64,000 bases of DNA, from positions 72,974,001 through 73,038,000 of the forward strand of contig NC_043004.1 of the NCBI RefSeq assembly GCF_006345805.1, in the 5' to 3' direction. The stretch comes from Octopus sinensis (Eukaryota). Positions 10,990 through 24,482 of this stretch are shown piece after piece (position 1 is the stretch's first letter; every line of letters begins with the position of its first letter). The notes below the pieces were generated by a model. That model searched no databases and was not told the DNA's origin. It saw only the letters and a program-made list of their open reading frames with translations. The translations under genes were made by a program, and so were the position numbers.

Positions 10990-13878
10990 GGGCGAATCGA
11001 AGTAAAGTAGATACCCCCGTCAACGATATTATCTCTGATACCCCTTATTCTGCTTGTTCCCCAACTCCCGCCCCTCAAACTTCACAGCTCAGCATAGTCG
11101 ATACCAACTCGTGCTCCTTATTTCCAAAGTTCAGCGAACTATTTACACTGGCCATACGTGACTCCCCTGATGTGATAGCTATCACCGAGACTTGGCTGAC
11201 TCCAGCAGTAAATGACTCAGAAATCCACCTGCAGGGCTACGTCCTCTTCAGATGTGACAGAGAAAAAAGGCGAGGTGGAGGTGTTGCTGTGTATGTTAAA
11301 TCTGATCACAAACCGTCCAGCGGTATTCTACCCACTAATACTCAACCTACAACAAAATTCGATGCCGTCTATTGCAAGCTGAGCCTATCCGAGTTTTGCC
11401 TGCCCGTGTTAGCTGTCTACAGGCCGCCTCTTGCCGACCCCCAGGACGATGCTCATTTACTCGAAGCGATAAGATTCGTTTCAGCTTCGCATGACTGTTT
11501 GATATTAGGAGACTTCAACGCACCCACGATCGATTGGCCCACATCAATTTGTACATCATCTTCCTGGTTCGGCCAGGCCCTTCTTGGCGTGGCTGAAGAT
11601 TGTTTTCTATCGCAACATGTTGAATATCCGACAAGGCATCGGTCTGGGCAGCAGCCATCTATGCTGGATCTGGTATTCTCCCGCTATCCAAGATCAGTGT
11701 CAGACGTATCTGTGTGCGCCCCCCCCCCCTTGCCAAGAGTGATCATGCGGTCCTGAAGTTCGTCATGCACACAACTTTTTCTACGCCCACGACTACTTCG
11801 CTGCCACGTAGAGTCTTCTCTGCAATTAATCTTGAATTTCTAACCGAGGCTTCCGCGCTTCTGGACTGGCGTTCCCTGATGACGTTGTCCTCAGTTGATG
11901 AACTATGTTCATCCCTCAAAGCATATGTAATCTGGTTGACTGACCAGGCAGTTCCCGTTGGGCTTCCCAAGAAGAAGAACCACAAGCCCTGGGTGACGAA
12001 GAAGGTTAAACGAGAACTTTGACTCAGAGATATTGCTTGGGCTGAATTCAAAAATCTGGATTCGACTGCAGCTTTTGAGGTGTACAAAACTCAACGAGAC
12101 CGAGCCGTGAAAATTGAAAAGGAAGAACGCTTCAGTTATGAATACAAAATCGCGGCAAATGCCAGTAGCAATCCAAAAACCTTCTTTGCCCATGTCCAAC
12201 GGAATTCCCGCTTGAACAACCAGATTGCAACGTTGGTAGACTCAACAGGCGTATCGATTGAGGACCCTTATCAACAGAGTCAATTATTTGCCGAGGCTTT
12301 TTCAACTATTTTCAAACAAGATGATGGTCGTGAACCCACTCCATTTGATAGATCGGTACCTCCAATGTTTCGATTGGTCATCACGCGGGACGAAGCCAAA
12401 CGTGTTATTCAAGGCCTCGATGTCAACAAGGGTCACGGCCCTGACGGCATACACCCACGGGTTATCAAAGCGTTGGCTCCGGTCATCTGTGAGCCCTTAA
12501 CACGTCTATTCAATATGTCATTGGCGACGGGTGTTATACCTGCGGACTGGAGAACAGCGATAATCTGCCCAATTTTCAAGAAAGAGAGCCGCGAAGACCC
12601 GCTTAACTACCGACCGGTTTCCCTTACATCAATAATGAGCAAGATGTTCGAAACCATCCTTAAGAAAAGTATGATGCTCCACCTCCAAAACACAGCCTCT
12701 ATCTCTGAATCCCAACACGGCTTCGTGCCGAAGAGATCATGCTTGACCAACTTACTGGTAATGGAAGAATTGGTGACGCGCATCCTCGATGATAGTGATG
12801 CTGTTGACATCGTTTTATTGGACTTTGCCAAAGCTTTTGACTCGGTAAACCACCGCCTATTACTTGTCAAGCTTCAAGCATATAGTTTCCATCTGGATAT
12901 TGTACGATGGGTTGGTGCCTTCCTCTCAGATCGCTCCTTCCAAGTCCAAGTTAATGGTTCGCGGTCCGACGTCTCCAGTGCGAGCAGTGGCGTGCCTCAA
13001 GGTTCAGTGCTTGGGCCCTTATTGTTCTTAGTCTTCATAAATGACTTGCCCGACGACCTCACGCAACACACCCTTCTATTTGCCGACGATGTCAAACTGG
13101 TCGCTCCTCGCGGTGATATAGAGGATCTTCGTCGATGCCTCCACCAAATTTGGAGGTGGTCTAACGAATGGGACCTGTGTCTGAACGTGTCAAAGTGCTG
13201 TCATTTGCCTGTTGGCTCTCCTCCTGCAACTCAACTTGATTTTGAGCCGGGTCTTCTGCTGCTGGAGAGGACCGATCAGGTAAAGGACCTGGGTGTCTTG
13301 GTGGATTCCTCCTTTTCGCCTTCGGCCCAGTGCGTCCAATCTGCCAACAAAGCACGCGGAATTCTGTTCTTGATTCGACGGTCATTCGGAATGCTCACAG
13401 CAGCCATATTCCTACCACTCTATGTCACGCTGGTGAGACCCATATTGGAGTACGGGATTCAAGCTTCTTCTCCTTATCTCCTCAAAGACATACAGCATCT
13501 CTAAAGAGTCCAGAAGCTGGCTACCCGCATGGTTCATGGTCTCAAAATTTGTCCTATGAAGAAAGGCTAAGGACGCTCGACCTTTATTCTCTAGAAAAAC
13601 GCCGCCGCCGTGGTGATCTCATTCTCGCCCACAACACCATAAGCGGAAAGTGTAACCTCTCGAAAGAGCTGTTCTTCACTCCTGCTCCAGAGCGTCGGCT
13701 GCGGGGTCACTCCGAAATGTTCTATCTGCGACGATTTCATCTCAATCGAAGGAGAGGAGCTTTCTCCGTCCGGGTTGCGGATCCATGGAACAAGCTGCCA
13801 GACGAGATGGTGAAGATGCCGACGACCGCTTTGTTCAAAGCCTTCCTTGACCTCAAGTGGCCTGAACTCTTTACATGA
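10986..13878 (+). pseudogene. LINE ORF2: apurinic-type endonuclease + reverse transcriptase
   Basis: EN motifs IAITETWL, GGGVAVY, ILGDFNAP, LDLVF, SDH; RT motifs NYRPVSLTS, QHGF, LDFAKAFDSV, GVPQGSVLGP, LFADD (13079-13090). Lesions: C11 run at 11719-11729, TGA 12020, TAA 13502, 1-nt deletion near 13548. Confidence 0.92.
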
Positions 13879-14544
13879 ACACCACCCTGTACTTAACTCC
13901 ATGTCCCCCTACATGGCCTTGCTATTTGCTTTTGAGCCAAATTAACTAACTAACACACACACACACGCACCACACACACACACACACACACACAACACAC
14001 ACACACACGCACACACACACACACACGCACACACACACACACACAGACTCGTACATCAGGCTGCAAGAGATTAAAATGTATTACGAAAGAAGATGACGTC
14101 ATTGCAAGAAGTTTGTGAATCCAGTGACGTCTGAGAAGCGGGTAAGAAACAAAGCCGGAACAAGAACCAAGTGACGACGCTGTGCAACGAGAAGGAGAAG
14201 AGACGGACGTTTCCTTCAATAAGAAACCGGACATTGTTTTTGGTTTATCTTTTTTTCTTAGTTACTGTCTGGCGATGGCTACTGCCCGACATTTACTAGC
14301 ATATATATATATATTCTTTTATTCATTTATTTTTTTCACTGATTTGACTGCGGCCATGCCGGGGCACCGCCTTTAGTTAAACTAATCGATCCCAGGACTT
14401 ATTCTTTCTAAGCTTAATATTTATTCTATCGGTCTCTTTTTGCTGAACCGGTAAGTTACAGGAACGTAAACACACCAACATCGGTTGTCAAGCGATGGGG
14501 GCGGGACAAACACAGACACACAAGCGTATATATATATATGTGTG

Positions 14545-14587
<43 letters not shown>

Positions 14588-14607
14588 GTATATATATTAT
14601 TTATATG

Positions 14608-14668
<61 letters not shown>

Positions 14669-14737
14669 CATATATATATGTATGTATGTATGTATGTATG
14701 ATGTATGTATGTATGTGTGTATATATATATATATATA

Positions 14738-16034
14738 CAGCAGGTGGACAAAATAATGGAAACACCTTAAAATTTCAAAGAAATTTATTTTGATATCGGG
14801 TAGGACCGCCTTAGGCAGTAATTACAGCTTGAATTCTACGAGGTATGAACTCGTACAAAGTTTGAATTGTTTCCAAAGGAATATTTGTCAATTCTTCAGC
14901 TAAAACAGTCTCCAGTTCTTGTAGGAATGATGGTGGAGGTTATCGACTCCTTACTCGTTTTTCTAAAATGCACCATAAATGTTCAATAATATTGAGCTCT
15001 GGGGACTGTGGTGGCCAGATAAGATGTTCAACTCCACTAGAATGTTTCTCGTGCCATTCAGTAACAACTTTAGCTGTGTGAATTGGTACATTATTATACT
15101 GAAAGATTGTGTTTCCCTCCGGAAACAGTTCCGCAACCATAGTATGAATTTGATCAGATAAAATGCTTAAATAGTCTTGACTATTAATTCTGACATGAAG
15201 AGAATCCATTGGACCAACAGATTTCCAAGATATAGACCCCCCCCCCCCCACCACCACCAGATCATCACAGATCCTCCTCTATGTTTGATAGTTGGAAGGA
15301 GACAGTCTGGGTCAAATGCTTCTTTTGGCTGTCTCCACATGTATACTGGCCGATGGTCGGAAATAAGGTAAAAGATGACTCGTCCAGGAAAATAACATTC
15401 TTCCACTGATCTAGGGACCAATCCCGTAGGATTTTACTCCATCTAAACGCTTTGCAACGTTTGTTTTTGAAAGTAGTGGTTTTCTGTTGCAGCCCTCCCG
15501 TGAAATCTGGCTTTCTGCAGCTCCCAGTGAACAGTTTTTTTTTTCTTTTTTTTTTGGTAATTGGGTTCTCGAGGTGGTCATTAAGCTCTGCAGTAATTTT
15601 GGGAGCTGTACTTTTGTAATCATTTCTAACAATTCGCGTAAGAGTCCGACGGTCCCTATCTGAAAGTTTGGTTTCTTTCCGGCGTTTTGTTTCGACGAGG
15701 AGGTTTCCCTCTTTCTCAAAGGCTGTCATTACTTTCAAGACAGTACTTCTTGATACGCCAAGCATTTCGGCTGTTTTCATTCTGCTACAGCCTGCTATAC
15801 GAGCACCAACAATTTGACGTCTTTGAAAATCCGATAGATTTGTCATTTTAATGAATTTTAATTACTTTTTTCTGATGATATCTGAAAAGAATCAACAATT
15901 CTAGCAAAACATATCAAGCAACACAAGTAATAAATAAAAAAGATATAAATAAACAAGCTTTTGACAGTTTTATAGATATTTCAAAATTATGATGCTATGA
16001 TGCTAGGCGTTTCCATTATTTCGTCTAACACATG
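14738..16034 (-). mobile_element. Tc1/mariner DNA transposon (decayed)
   Basis: 30-bp TIRs at 14738-14767 and 16005-16034 (23/30 identical), TA on both flanks, transposase remnant inside. Confidence 0.92.
14785..15846 (-). pseudogene. Tc1-family DDE transposase, several frameshifts
   Basis: HTH (TAEMLGVSRSTV), WKNVIFLDES, GGSVMIW, FQYNNVPIHT (= QDDNAPIH), WPPQSPELNIIEHLW, GGPTRY. Confidence 0.9.
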
Positions 16035-16051
16035 TATACCTGTATATATAT

Positions 16052-16127
<76 letters not shown>

Positions 16128-16198
16128 ATACATATATATGAATATATATATATATGTTTATATATATACATGCATACATACATACATACATACATACA

Positions 16199-16230
<32 letters not shown>

Positions 16231-16450
16231 CAGAAAAAAAAGATGAAGACAGGCCTTTGAACAACAAGTAGGTGTCGCTCGTGAAATTGAGAAAGTTTTT
16301 TACGTTTCGAGCCTACACTCTTTGCATACATATATGTGTGTGTGTGTATGTGTGTGTGTGTGTGTGTGTATGTGTGTATGTATGTATGTATGTGTATACT
16401 TATGTGTATATATATATATGTATATATATACACATATACATATATACATG

Positions 16451-16500
<50 letters not shown>

Positions 16501-17006
16501 GTGTGTGTGTGTGTGTGTGTGTGTGTGAGTGTGTATGTATATACCTGTGTATAGGTGTGACTATGTGGTAACAAGTTTGCTTCCAAACTACGTGTATCCA
16601 TGTTGAGTCCCGATGCGCCTTGGATAAGTTTCTTTTACAAATGGCGCGGCTTGACCAAAGCCTTGTGTGGCGGATTTGTTAGACTTATTCTTTGTAAGCC
16701 TAGTACTTATTCTATCGCTCTCTTTTGCCGAACCGGTAAGTTATGGGGACGTAAACACACCAGCATCGGTTGTCAAGTGATGTTGGGGGAACAAACAAAG
16801 ACAAGCAAACATACACACACACATGCATATATATATATATGTATGTATAAAAAATATATACAAAAATACAAAAAGGGACAAGAACGCAAAACATTCAAAT
16901 AGACGATTCGAAGCCTCTAATCTTCAGTCAAGAACCGGATCATCCTCGCAATTTCGGCTATGTATGTATATGTATGTATATATATATATATATATGTATG
17001 CATACA

Positions 17007-17064
<58 letters not shown>

Positions 17065-17084
17065 ATATATATATATACTCATAC

Positions 17085-17119
<35 letters not shown>

Positions 17120-17931
17120 CGCAGGCGTGGCTGTGTGATAAAGAAGCTAGCTTCCCTACCAAATGTTTCCGGGTTCAGTCCCCCTGCGTGGCACCTTGGA
17201 TATATGTCTTCACCTATATCTCCAGCATGGAGTACCACCTTGTATAATATGTATGTATGTGTTCATGTGTATATACGTATATATAGTATATAGAAAGGAG
17301 TATAATATGAGCTGTGCCTTCATGAAGCATATCTGCATATTCTGTGTATGTTACTATTATGAATTTATTCTAATTATATTAGCATTAATATTCATAAAAT
17401 GTATTTCGTATATTGCACTGAAACACGTGTAACCCAGAATTAAAATGCTATCCCATACTCCAGTTTTTGTTTGACTATGTACGTATGGATGGATGGATGG
17501 ATGGATGGATAGATGGTGGGAGAAAGCGAGTCGACTACAATGACCCCTAACCCCGAAAGGTGAAAGGTGAGAGGCAAAGACAGCCTCGATGGCATTTGAT
17601 CTCTGTAAGGAAAGACGAACGAATTGCTGAATAGCCCTCTGTCGGGCGTGCTAACCACTCGACCAACTCGCTGCCTTCTCTTTGCAGCTAATAAATAACG
17701 ACTTGTTCGTCGTCATGTAGTTGGCGTGGTGGGTGGGGTGGGCATTACCCAACCCTGTCCAACGTTTTCTAATCCGTCCTTGTATTACCCTTATTTCTCA
17801 CCCTTGTGGCAAAGAAAAAGGCACAAAAAAATTTAATTACGTCACCAACCGCGCCGCCGCCACTCTCGTCATCATCGCCGCGCTGCCGTCGTCGACCTCA
17901 TCATTTTATTCTTGCTACTGCCACCATCACC

Positions 17932-17964
<33 letters not shown>

Positions 17965-18417
17965 GCCGCTACTACTGCTGCTGCTGCTGCTGCCTACATC
18001 TCACCTTCAGTGTGAGAAGTTGTGGTAAGACCCTGTCAATAGAATTTTGTTTCTGCTTCGTCATAGCAGTCAAGCTCTCACGCACGGAGTTTTCCGCTGG
18101 TCACATCCGCACACTTACCACGCCTACAGCTTACCAAGTGGATATGCGTATGTGTGCGCGAGTGTGCGTGTGTGTGTGTATGTATGTGTGTAAGCGCGCG
18201 TGTGTACTGTATGTACACAGCTGTGCTGGTAAACACGCATACTCAGACGCATACATACACTCACGCTCAAACGGACGCATACACTCAGACACACACACGT
18301 CTGTATACACTCAAGTGTGCGTGCACACATATATACATACGTAGATACACATACTTGTATATCTATATATATATATACGCACACAAACATACCTATATAT
18401 ATATATATATACATATG

Positions 18418-18460
<43 letters not shown>

Positions 18461-18699
18461 ATATATATATGTATGTATGTATGTGTGTATATATATATAT
18501 AAACATACCTATAATCATACATATATACACACTCAAACAGCACTTACATACATTTGTACATATTGACATACCTACGCAGGTACACTATATGGTATGACTT
18601 TCACTCAAGACAACACACGCATATAAACACACACACACGTACACACACAATCACACAGACTTACATACACAAGCGCGGATGCATACGCACTGACATACA

Positions 18700-19278
18700 T
18701 ATTCTTTTCTACCCAAGGCACAAGTCCCAACGTTTTGGGGGAGGGGGCCAGTCGATTAGATCGTCCCCAGTACGCAACTGTTACTTAAATTATCGACCCC
18801 CGAAAGGCAAAGTAGACCTCGGCGGAATTTGAACTCAGAACGTAACAGCAGACGAAATACCTATTTCTTTACTGCCCACAAGGGGTTACACACAGAGGGG
18901 ACAAACAAGGACAGACAAACGGATTAAGTCGATTATATCGACTCCAGTGCGTAACTGGTACTTATTTAATCGACCCCGAAAGGATGAAAGGCAAAGTCGA
19001 CTTTGGCGGAATTTGAACTCAGAACGTAGCGGCAGATGAAATACCTATTTCCATATTACCCACAAAGAGCTAAACACAGAGGGGACAAACAAGAACAGAC
19101 AAAGGTATTAAGTCGATTATATCGACCCCAATGCGTAACCAGTACTTAATTTATCGACCTGAAAGGATGAAAGGCAGAGTCGACCTCCGCGGAATTTGAA
19201 CTCAGAACGTAGCAGCAGACGAAATACCGCTTAGCATTTCGCCCGACGTGCTAACGTTTCTGCCAACTCGCCGCCTTA
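18700..19278 (-). mobile_element. SINE family B trimer (one full head plus two ~186-bp units lacking box A)
   Basis: Head AGGCGGCGAGTTGGCAGAAACG...GAGTTCAAATTCC; body GCCTTTCATCCTTTCGGGGTCGAT; units restart at GGTATTTCGTCTGC. Confidence 0.85.
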
Positions 19279-19795
19279 ACACACAGACATACATATTGAC
19301 ACTCATTCACACGCGTGATGTAAACATACACACGCGTACACACTGACATACACACATAGACACAAACAACAAAGTAGCAAGGTTGTTTAAGTGTCGGACA
19401 AAAGTCTTCCCTGTATTTTGTCTTGTTATGTTCGCCTTTAGATCAAACCTCGCTAAGATGATCTGTGACGTTCATCGTTTCCAGGTTCAATAAAAAGAAA
19501 ACTAACCAATTCCACGCAATGGATTGGTTGAAATGTAAGGTCCTTGGCCGGGATACCCTGCGGTATTTTTTCCAGTTCTTTATGTTCTGAGTTCAAATCG
19601 CGTAACAGGTGCGATTTAGCACCACCAACTGGTACCTTTGGGATCGTTAACAGAATCTTCTTTGTTGAAAACATTTGCACCAGGTCTCCAATTTGAGGAT
19701 ATCTCGCTCCTTTTTTCCTATCAATCTAGGAAACCCCGTAAATAATCATAAGTTCTGCATTTCTATCTGATTAAAGGATAGATAAATATATATTA

Positions 19796-20284
19796 AAGTA
19801 GTTGTATACTATCAACTTAATGTGACAGTCCCATGAAGGGAATAATACTACTGCTATTTAGCCCTAGGAAACAGCACTGCTTCCTGTCAACCTTGACACA
19901 TTTCCTGAGTCCTTATGTTTACAAGGGGGAGATAAGCAACCCCACCCAGCTAAGCCAGCACCAGAGACTAGTTTCTGAGTCATTGCTCGTCTTAAGTCTG
20001 GAGTATCATGGCATGCTAGTTGGAGATGCCTATCTAGCCCTTGTAAACATATAATTATTCTAGTGAAATACATTCACTGATTTCAAAAATAGAAATAATA
20101 CATTTCTAAATCTCTGAGGGAGATTTATGCAGTAGTGATACGATAAAGTAGTTGTATACTGTCAACTAGGGCTAAATAGCAGTAGTATTATTCCTTTCAT
20201 GGGACTGTCACATTAAGTTGACAGCATACAACTACTTTATCGAATCACTACTGCATAATTCTCTCTGAGAGATTTAGAAATGTA
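19796..20284. mobile_element. Rearranged MITE-like fold-back element
   Basis: 20099-20166 inverted with 20217-20284; 19796-19867 inverted with 20167-20238; 19914-19927 inverted with 20038-20051. Confidence 0.6.
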
Positions 20285-20980
20285 TCATTTTTATTTAAAT
20301 ATATATTTGTATGACAGAATTCCTATACACAAACGCACATCTACAAAAAGTTACTAGAGTTACTTTCTCGAGTCATGCTGGTTTCCGTGGCACATAAATT
20401 CCCCAGCTGGACGGGACGCCGGTCAGTCGCAGGATTACTCATTTCCCCAGCTGAGTGAACTGGAGCAACATGAAATGAAATCGTTTGCTCAAGAACACAA
20501 CGCGTTGAGCGGTCCACGAATCGAAACTACAATCTTCCGATCAGGAATCCCACAGCCAAGCCACTAAACCACGCGTCTCTACGCGCATTTACAGACACAG
20601 ACGCATACACATACACACATATCTTTATTCGGATTCAGAAAAGTATAAATGGTTTTGTAAACAAACCCTTTACCTTTCACTTTTCACTTTGCTTCACCCA
20701 TTGGACTACGATCATAACGAAATGTTTAGTCGAACAAACCAGCCCCAGAATTTTTCAATGTCTGGGACATATTCTCTTGATCACATTCGGTCGAAATGTT
20801 AAGTTAGGAAGACGTAAGCAAACCAACGCCGACTATCAAGAGTTGGGAAGAACATACACAAACTCAAAAACACACACACACGACAGGCTTTTAGTTTTCG
20901 TTTACCGAATTCACTCAAAGTGACTTGTATTTCTTTACGCTTGAATGGTACATTCCTAATCATTTCATATAGAAATATAA

Positions 20981-21316
20981 GTGATGACGCATGGCTCAGT
21001 GGTTGGAGCGCCTAGCTTACGATCGTGAGATTGTGAGTTCGATTCCCGGACCGGGTTGCGTGTTGTGTTCTTGAGCAAGACGTTTATTTCACGTTGCTCC
21101 AGTTAACCCAACTGTAGAAATTAGTTGCAACATCACTGGTGCCAAGCTGTTTCAGCCTTTGTCTTTTCTCTTGGATAACATCTGTGGTGTGGAGAGGGGA
21201 GGCTGGTATGCTTGGGCGACTGCTGGCCTTCCATAAACAACCTTGCCCGGACTTGTGCCACAGAGGGTAACTTTCTATGTGCAGTCCTATGGTCAGTCAT
21301 GACCGAAGGGGGTCTC
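20981..21316 (+). mobile_element. tRNA-derived SINE (family C variant)
   Basis: TGGCTCAGTGG box A, GAGTTCGATTCC box B. Confidence 0.85.
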
Positions 21317-21356
21317 CTCCTCCAAACATATACATATAAATGGGTAAAAGATTAAA

Positions 21357-21672
21357 AACCCACTCCGATCATGAATGACCTTGGGATTACACCTAGAAAG
21401 TTACTCTCCCAGGCACGAGTCCGGGCAAGGTTGTTTATGGAAGACCAGCAGTCGCCCATATATACCAGCCTCCTTTCTACAACGCCATCAATGTTATCCA
21501 AGGGAAAAGCAAAGGCTGATACAGCTTGGCACCAGTGACGTCACAACTCATTTCTACAGCTGAGTGAACTGGAACGATGTATGTTGCTCAAGAATACAAC
21601 ATACAACCCGGTCTGGGAATCGAACTCACTATCTCATGATTTTGAGCCTGACGTTCAAACCACTGAGCCATT
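21357..21672 (-). mobile_element. Same SINE variant in opposite orientation
   Basis: Reverse complement aligns along the length of 20981-21316. A further partial copy lies at ~28845-29050. Confidence 0.85.
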
Positions 21673-21769
21673 CGATGTAAATATATGTATATATGGGCGT
21701 CATTGTGTGCTTGAGTGAATCTGTGTACTTGCATGTGTATGTAAATTTTCTATCTCTTTTTTTTCCATT

Positions 21770-21957
21770 ACTTGTTCCATTCATTATCTGCGGCCATGCT
21801 GGGATACCGCCTTGAAGAATTTTAGTCGAACAAATCGATCCTAGAGCATATTATTTGTTTTTAAGCCTGGTACTTATTCTATCGGTCACGTTTGCCGAAC
21901 CACTAAGTTATAGGGACGTAAACACACCAACACTGATTGTCAAGCAGTGGTGGAGAA

Positions 21958-22026
<69 letters not shown>

Positions 22027-22175
22027 CATACGACGGATTTCTTTCAGTTTATTTCAACCAAATCTACTCCCATGAGTTTGGTCGGCCTGAGGCTACAGCA
22101 GAAGACACCTAACCAAGGTGCCACGCAGTGGGACTGAACCCAGAACCACGTGGCTGAGAAGCAAACATTTTACCA
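21770..22175 (-). mobile_element. SINE family A copy
   Basis: Head, internal (CA)n and tail all present. Confidence 0.8.
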
Positions 22176-22736
22176 TGCACCGATATTTTCATAAACATCC
22201 TTCCCCATCCTTTCTCAAGTTACTCCCCTCTTCAATCTCCGCCATTTTCTCTACGCCCTCCATCACTACCGCTACCACCAACACCACAATCACAACAAAA
22301 ACAACTACTACTACTACTACTACTACTATTTTCACTGTTGCTACTGCTGCTACTGTTGCTGTTTCCTAATCATTTCATATAGAAATATTTATTGTTGATG
22401 TTTCACTACATATCCCTTTTAGATTTAGGGAAATAAATAAATACACCAGGTGAATAAACACAACTAATCTCAGACTAATGTACACAAACCAGCTCTCTCT
22501 TTCTCTTCCCCTTGCTTTCTCCCTCTATTTCACACACATGCACACACATACATATACACAGGTGCACGCTTGCGCATAAACATTTGCACGCATTCATGAA
22601 TGCAAATACTCAAATTCGGTCATAGCCAGAATTGCGTATACATACACACTTACTGTACAAGCATGTACACTCATACACAAGCTTACACAGAGACGGGAGA
22701 CATCCTTAATCTACACAGATGTCTTAACGCATATAT

Positions 22737-22809
<73 letters not shown>

Positions 22810-22873
22810 GGAAAGATAGATAGATAGATAGATAGATAGACAGATAAACAGATAGATAGACAGAAAGAGACAA

Positions 22874-22915
<42 letters not shown>

Positions 22916-22916
22916 G

Positions 22917-22963
<47 letters not shown>

Positions 22964-22965
22964 TT

Positions 22966-22997
<32 letters not shown>

Positions 22998-23117
22998 GTA
23001 GGTAGGTAAGCACGTACGTACGTATGTAGATAGATTGATAGCGAGGTAGATAGATAGATACATACAGACATACAGACAGACAAACAGGCAGGCAGACAGG
23101 CAGACAGACTGACAGAC

Positions 23118-23163
<46 letters not shown>

Positions 23164-23164
23164 T

Positions 23165-23201
<37 letters not shown>

Positions 23202-23217
23202 TGATAGATTTATAGAT

Positions 23218-23316
23218 ATGTTTCTTTATTAGCCACACAGGGCTGCACACAGATAGAACAAATTACAAGGTAGAGCTTTTCTTTTGAAGGTATTAAAAAA
23301 AAAAAAAAAAAAAAAA
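23218..23316 (-). mobile_element. Tx1-family 3' terminus (copy 1, ~100 bp)
   Basis: Near-identical to the 3' ends at 33117, 37591 and 43908 (...GCAGCCCTGTGTGGCTAATAAAGAAAC) and abuts (GATA)n. Confidence 0.9.
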
Positions 23317-23574
23317 GTAGGTAGGTAAGCACGTAGGTAGGTAAGCACGTACGTATGTATGTAGATAGATTGATAGAGAGGTAGATCGATACAGACAGAC
23401 AGACAGACAGATAGATACATACATACATGTATACATACATACATACATACATACATACATACATGCATACATGCATACATACATACATACATACATACAT
23501 ACATACATACATACATACATACATACATACAGATGTATGTATATATATACTTTTATTATTTTCAACTTGTGAGC

Positions 23575-23905
23575 TGTGAACGTGCTGGGACATGCCGTTA
23601 GCCTTGCTACACTTTCACTGCTTGAGACCTTTTCTGACATGCAGCATTTGGTGAATGAGGAAGTTTGACATTGTTGCCTTCATCTGTGTTTCCTGCTGTG
23701 AAGTGGGTTCATCAAGAACTCTTGACAGGAGGAGATCCAATTTTGCTTTCAAGACACCTACATCCACTCCATGTAGGCCTGTCAGGCTTTTAGTGATGGA
23801 TATTGGGGAGCTATGGGACCTTGAAACCCAAGTTATGCATATCTGGTCCTGTATCTTGATTGCAATGTTGGGGTCTTTGGTACCCTGCAGTGGCACCCAC
23901 CTCTG
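23575..23905 (-). mobile_element. CR1-type LINE 3' fragment
   Basis: KAKLDLLLSRVLDEPTSQQETQM...NFLIHQM, a CR1 ORF2 C-terminus. Confidence 0.7.
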
Positions 23906-24007
23906 TTTCTGTAATTTTCAATAAAAATGTTTCGTACAACTCATTCCAGGATTTTCCAGATGTCTATCACAGCATACAGTCATATGTACATATAAAAATA
24001 TACTTAT

Positions 24008-24185
24008 AGGCGTAGGAGTGGCTGTGTGATAAGTAGCTTGCTTACCAACAACATGGTTCCGGGTTCAGTCCCACTGCGTGGCACTTTGGGCAAGTGTCTC
24101 TACTATAGCCTCGGGCCGACCAAAGCCTTGTGAGTGGATTTGGTAGACGGAAACTGAAAAGAAGCCCGTCGTATATATGTATATG

Positions 24186-24229
<44 letters not shown>

Positions 24230-24422
24230 TCCCCCCAACATCGCTTCACAACCGATGCAGGTATGCTTACGTCCCCGTGACTTAGCGGTTCGGCAAAAGT
24301 GGCCGATAGAATAAGATCTAGGCTTACAAAGAATAAATCCTGGAGTCGATTTGCTCGACTAAAGGCGGTGCTCCAGCATGGCCACAATCAAATGATTGAA
24401 ACAATTAAAAGAGTAAAAGAGT
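24008..24422 (+). mobile_element. SINE family A, complete copy
   Basis: tRNA head, CORE-like motif, (TA)(TG) microsatellite, tail ending TAAAAGAG repeats. Confidence 0.9.
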
Positions 24423-24482
24423 ATATAAACATACCTACCACACACACACAAACACACACATTGTTATTTTTTTTTATTTTAT

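Larger units (their letters stand above)
9770..13936 (+). mobile_element. Near full-length CR1/L2-group LINE, disrupted
   Basis: ORF1 plus APE-RT ORF2, short 3' UTR ending (CTAA)n; CA-type microsatellite on both flanks. Confidence 0.9.
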
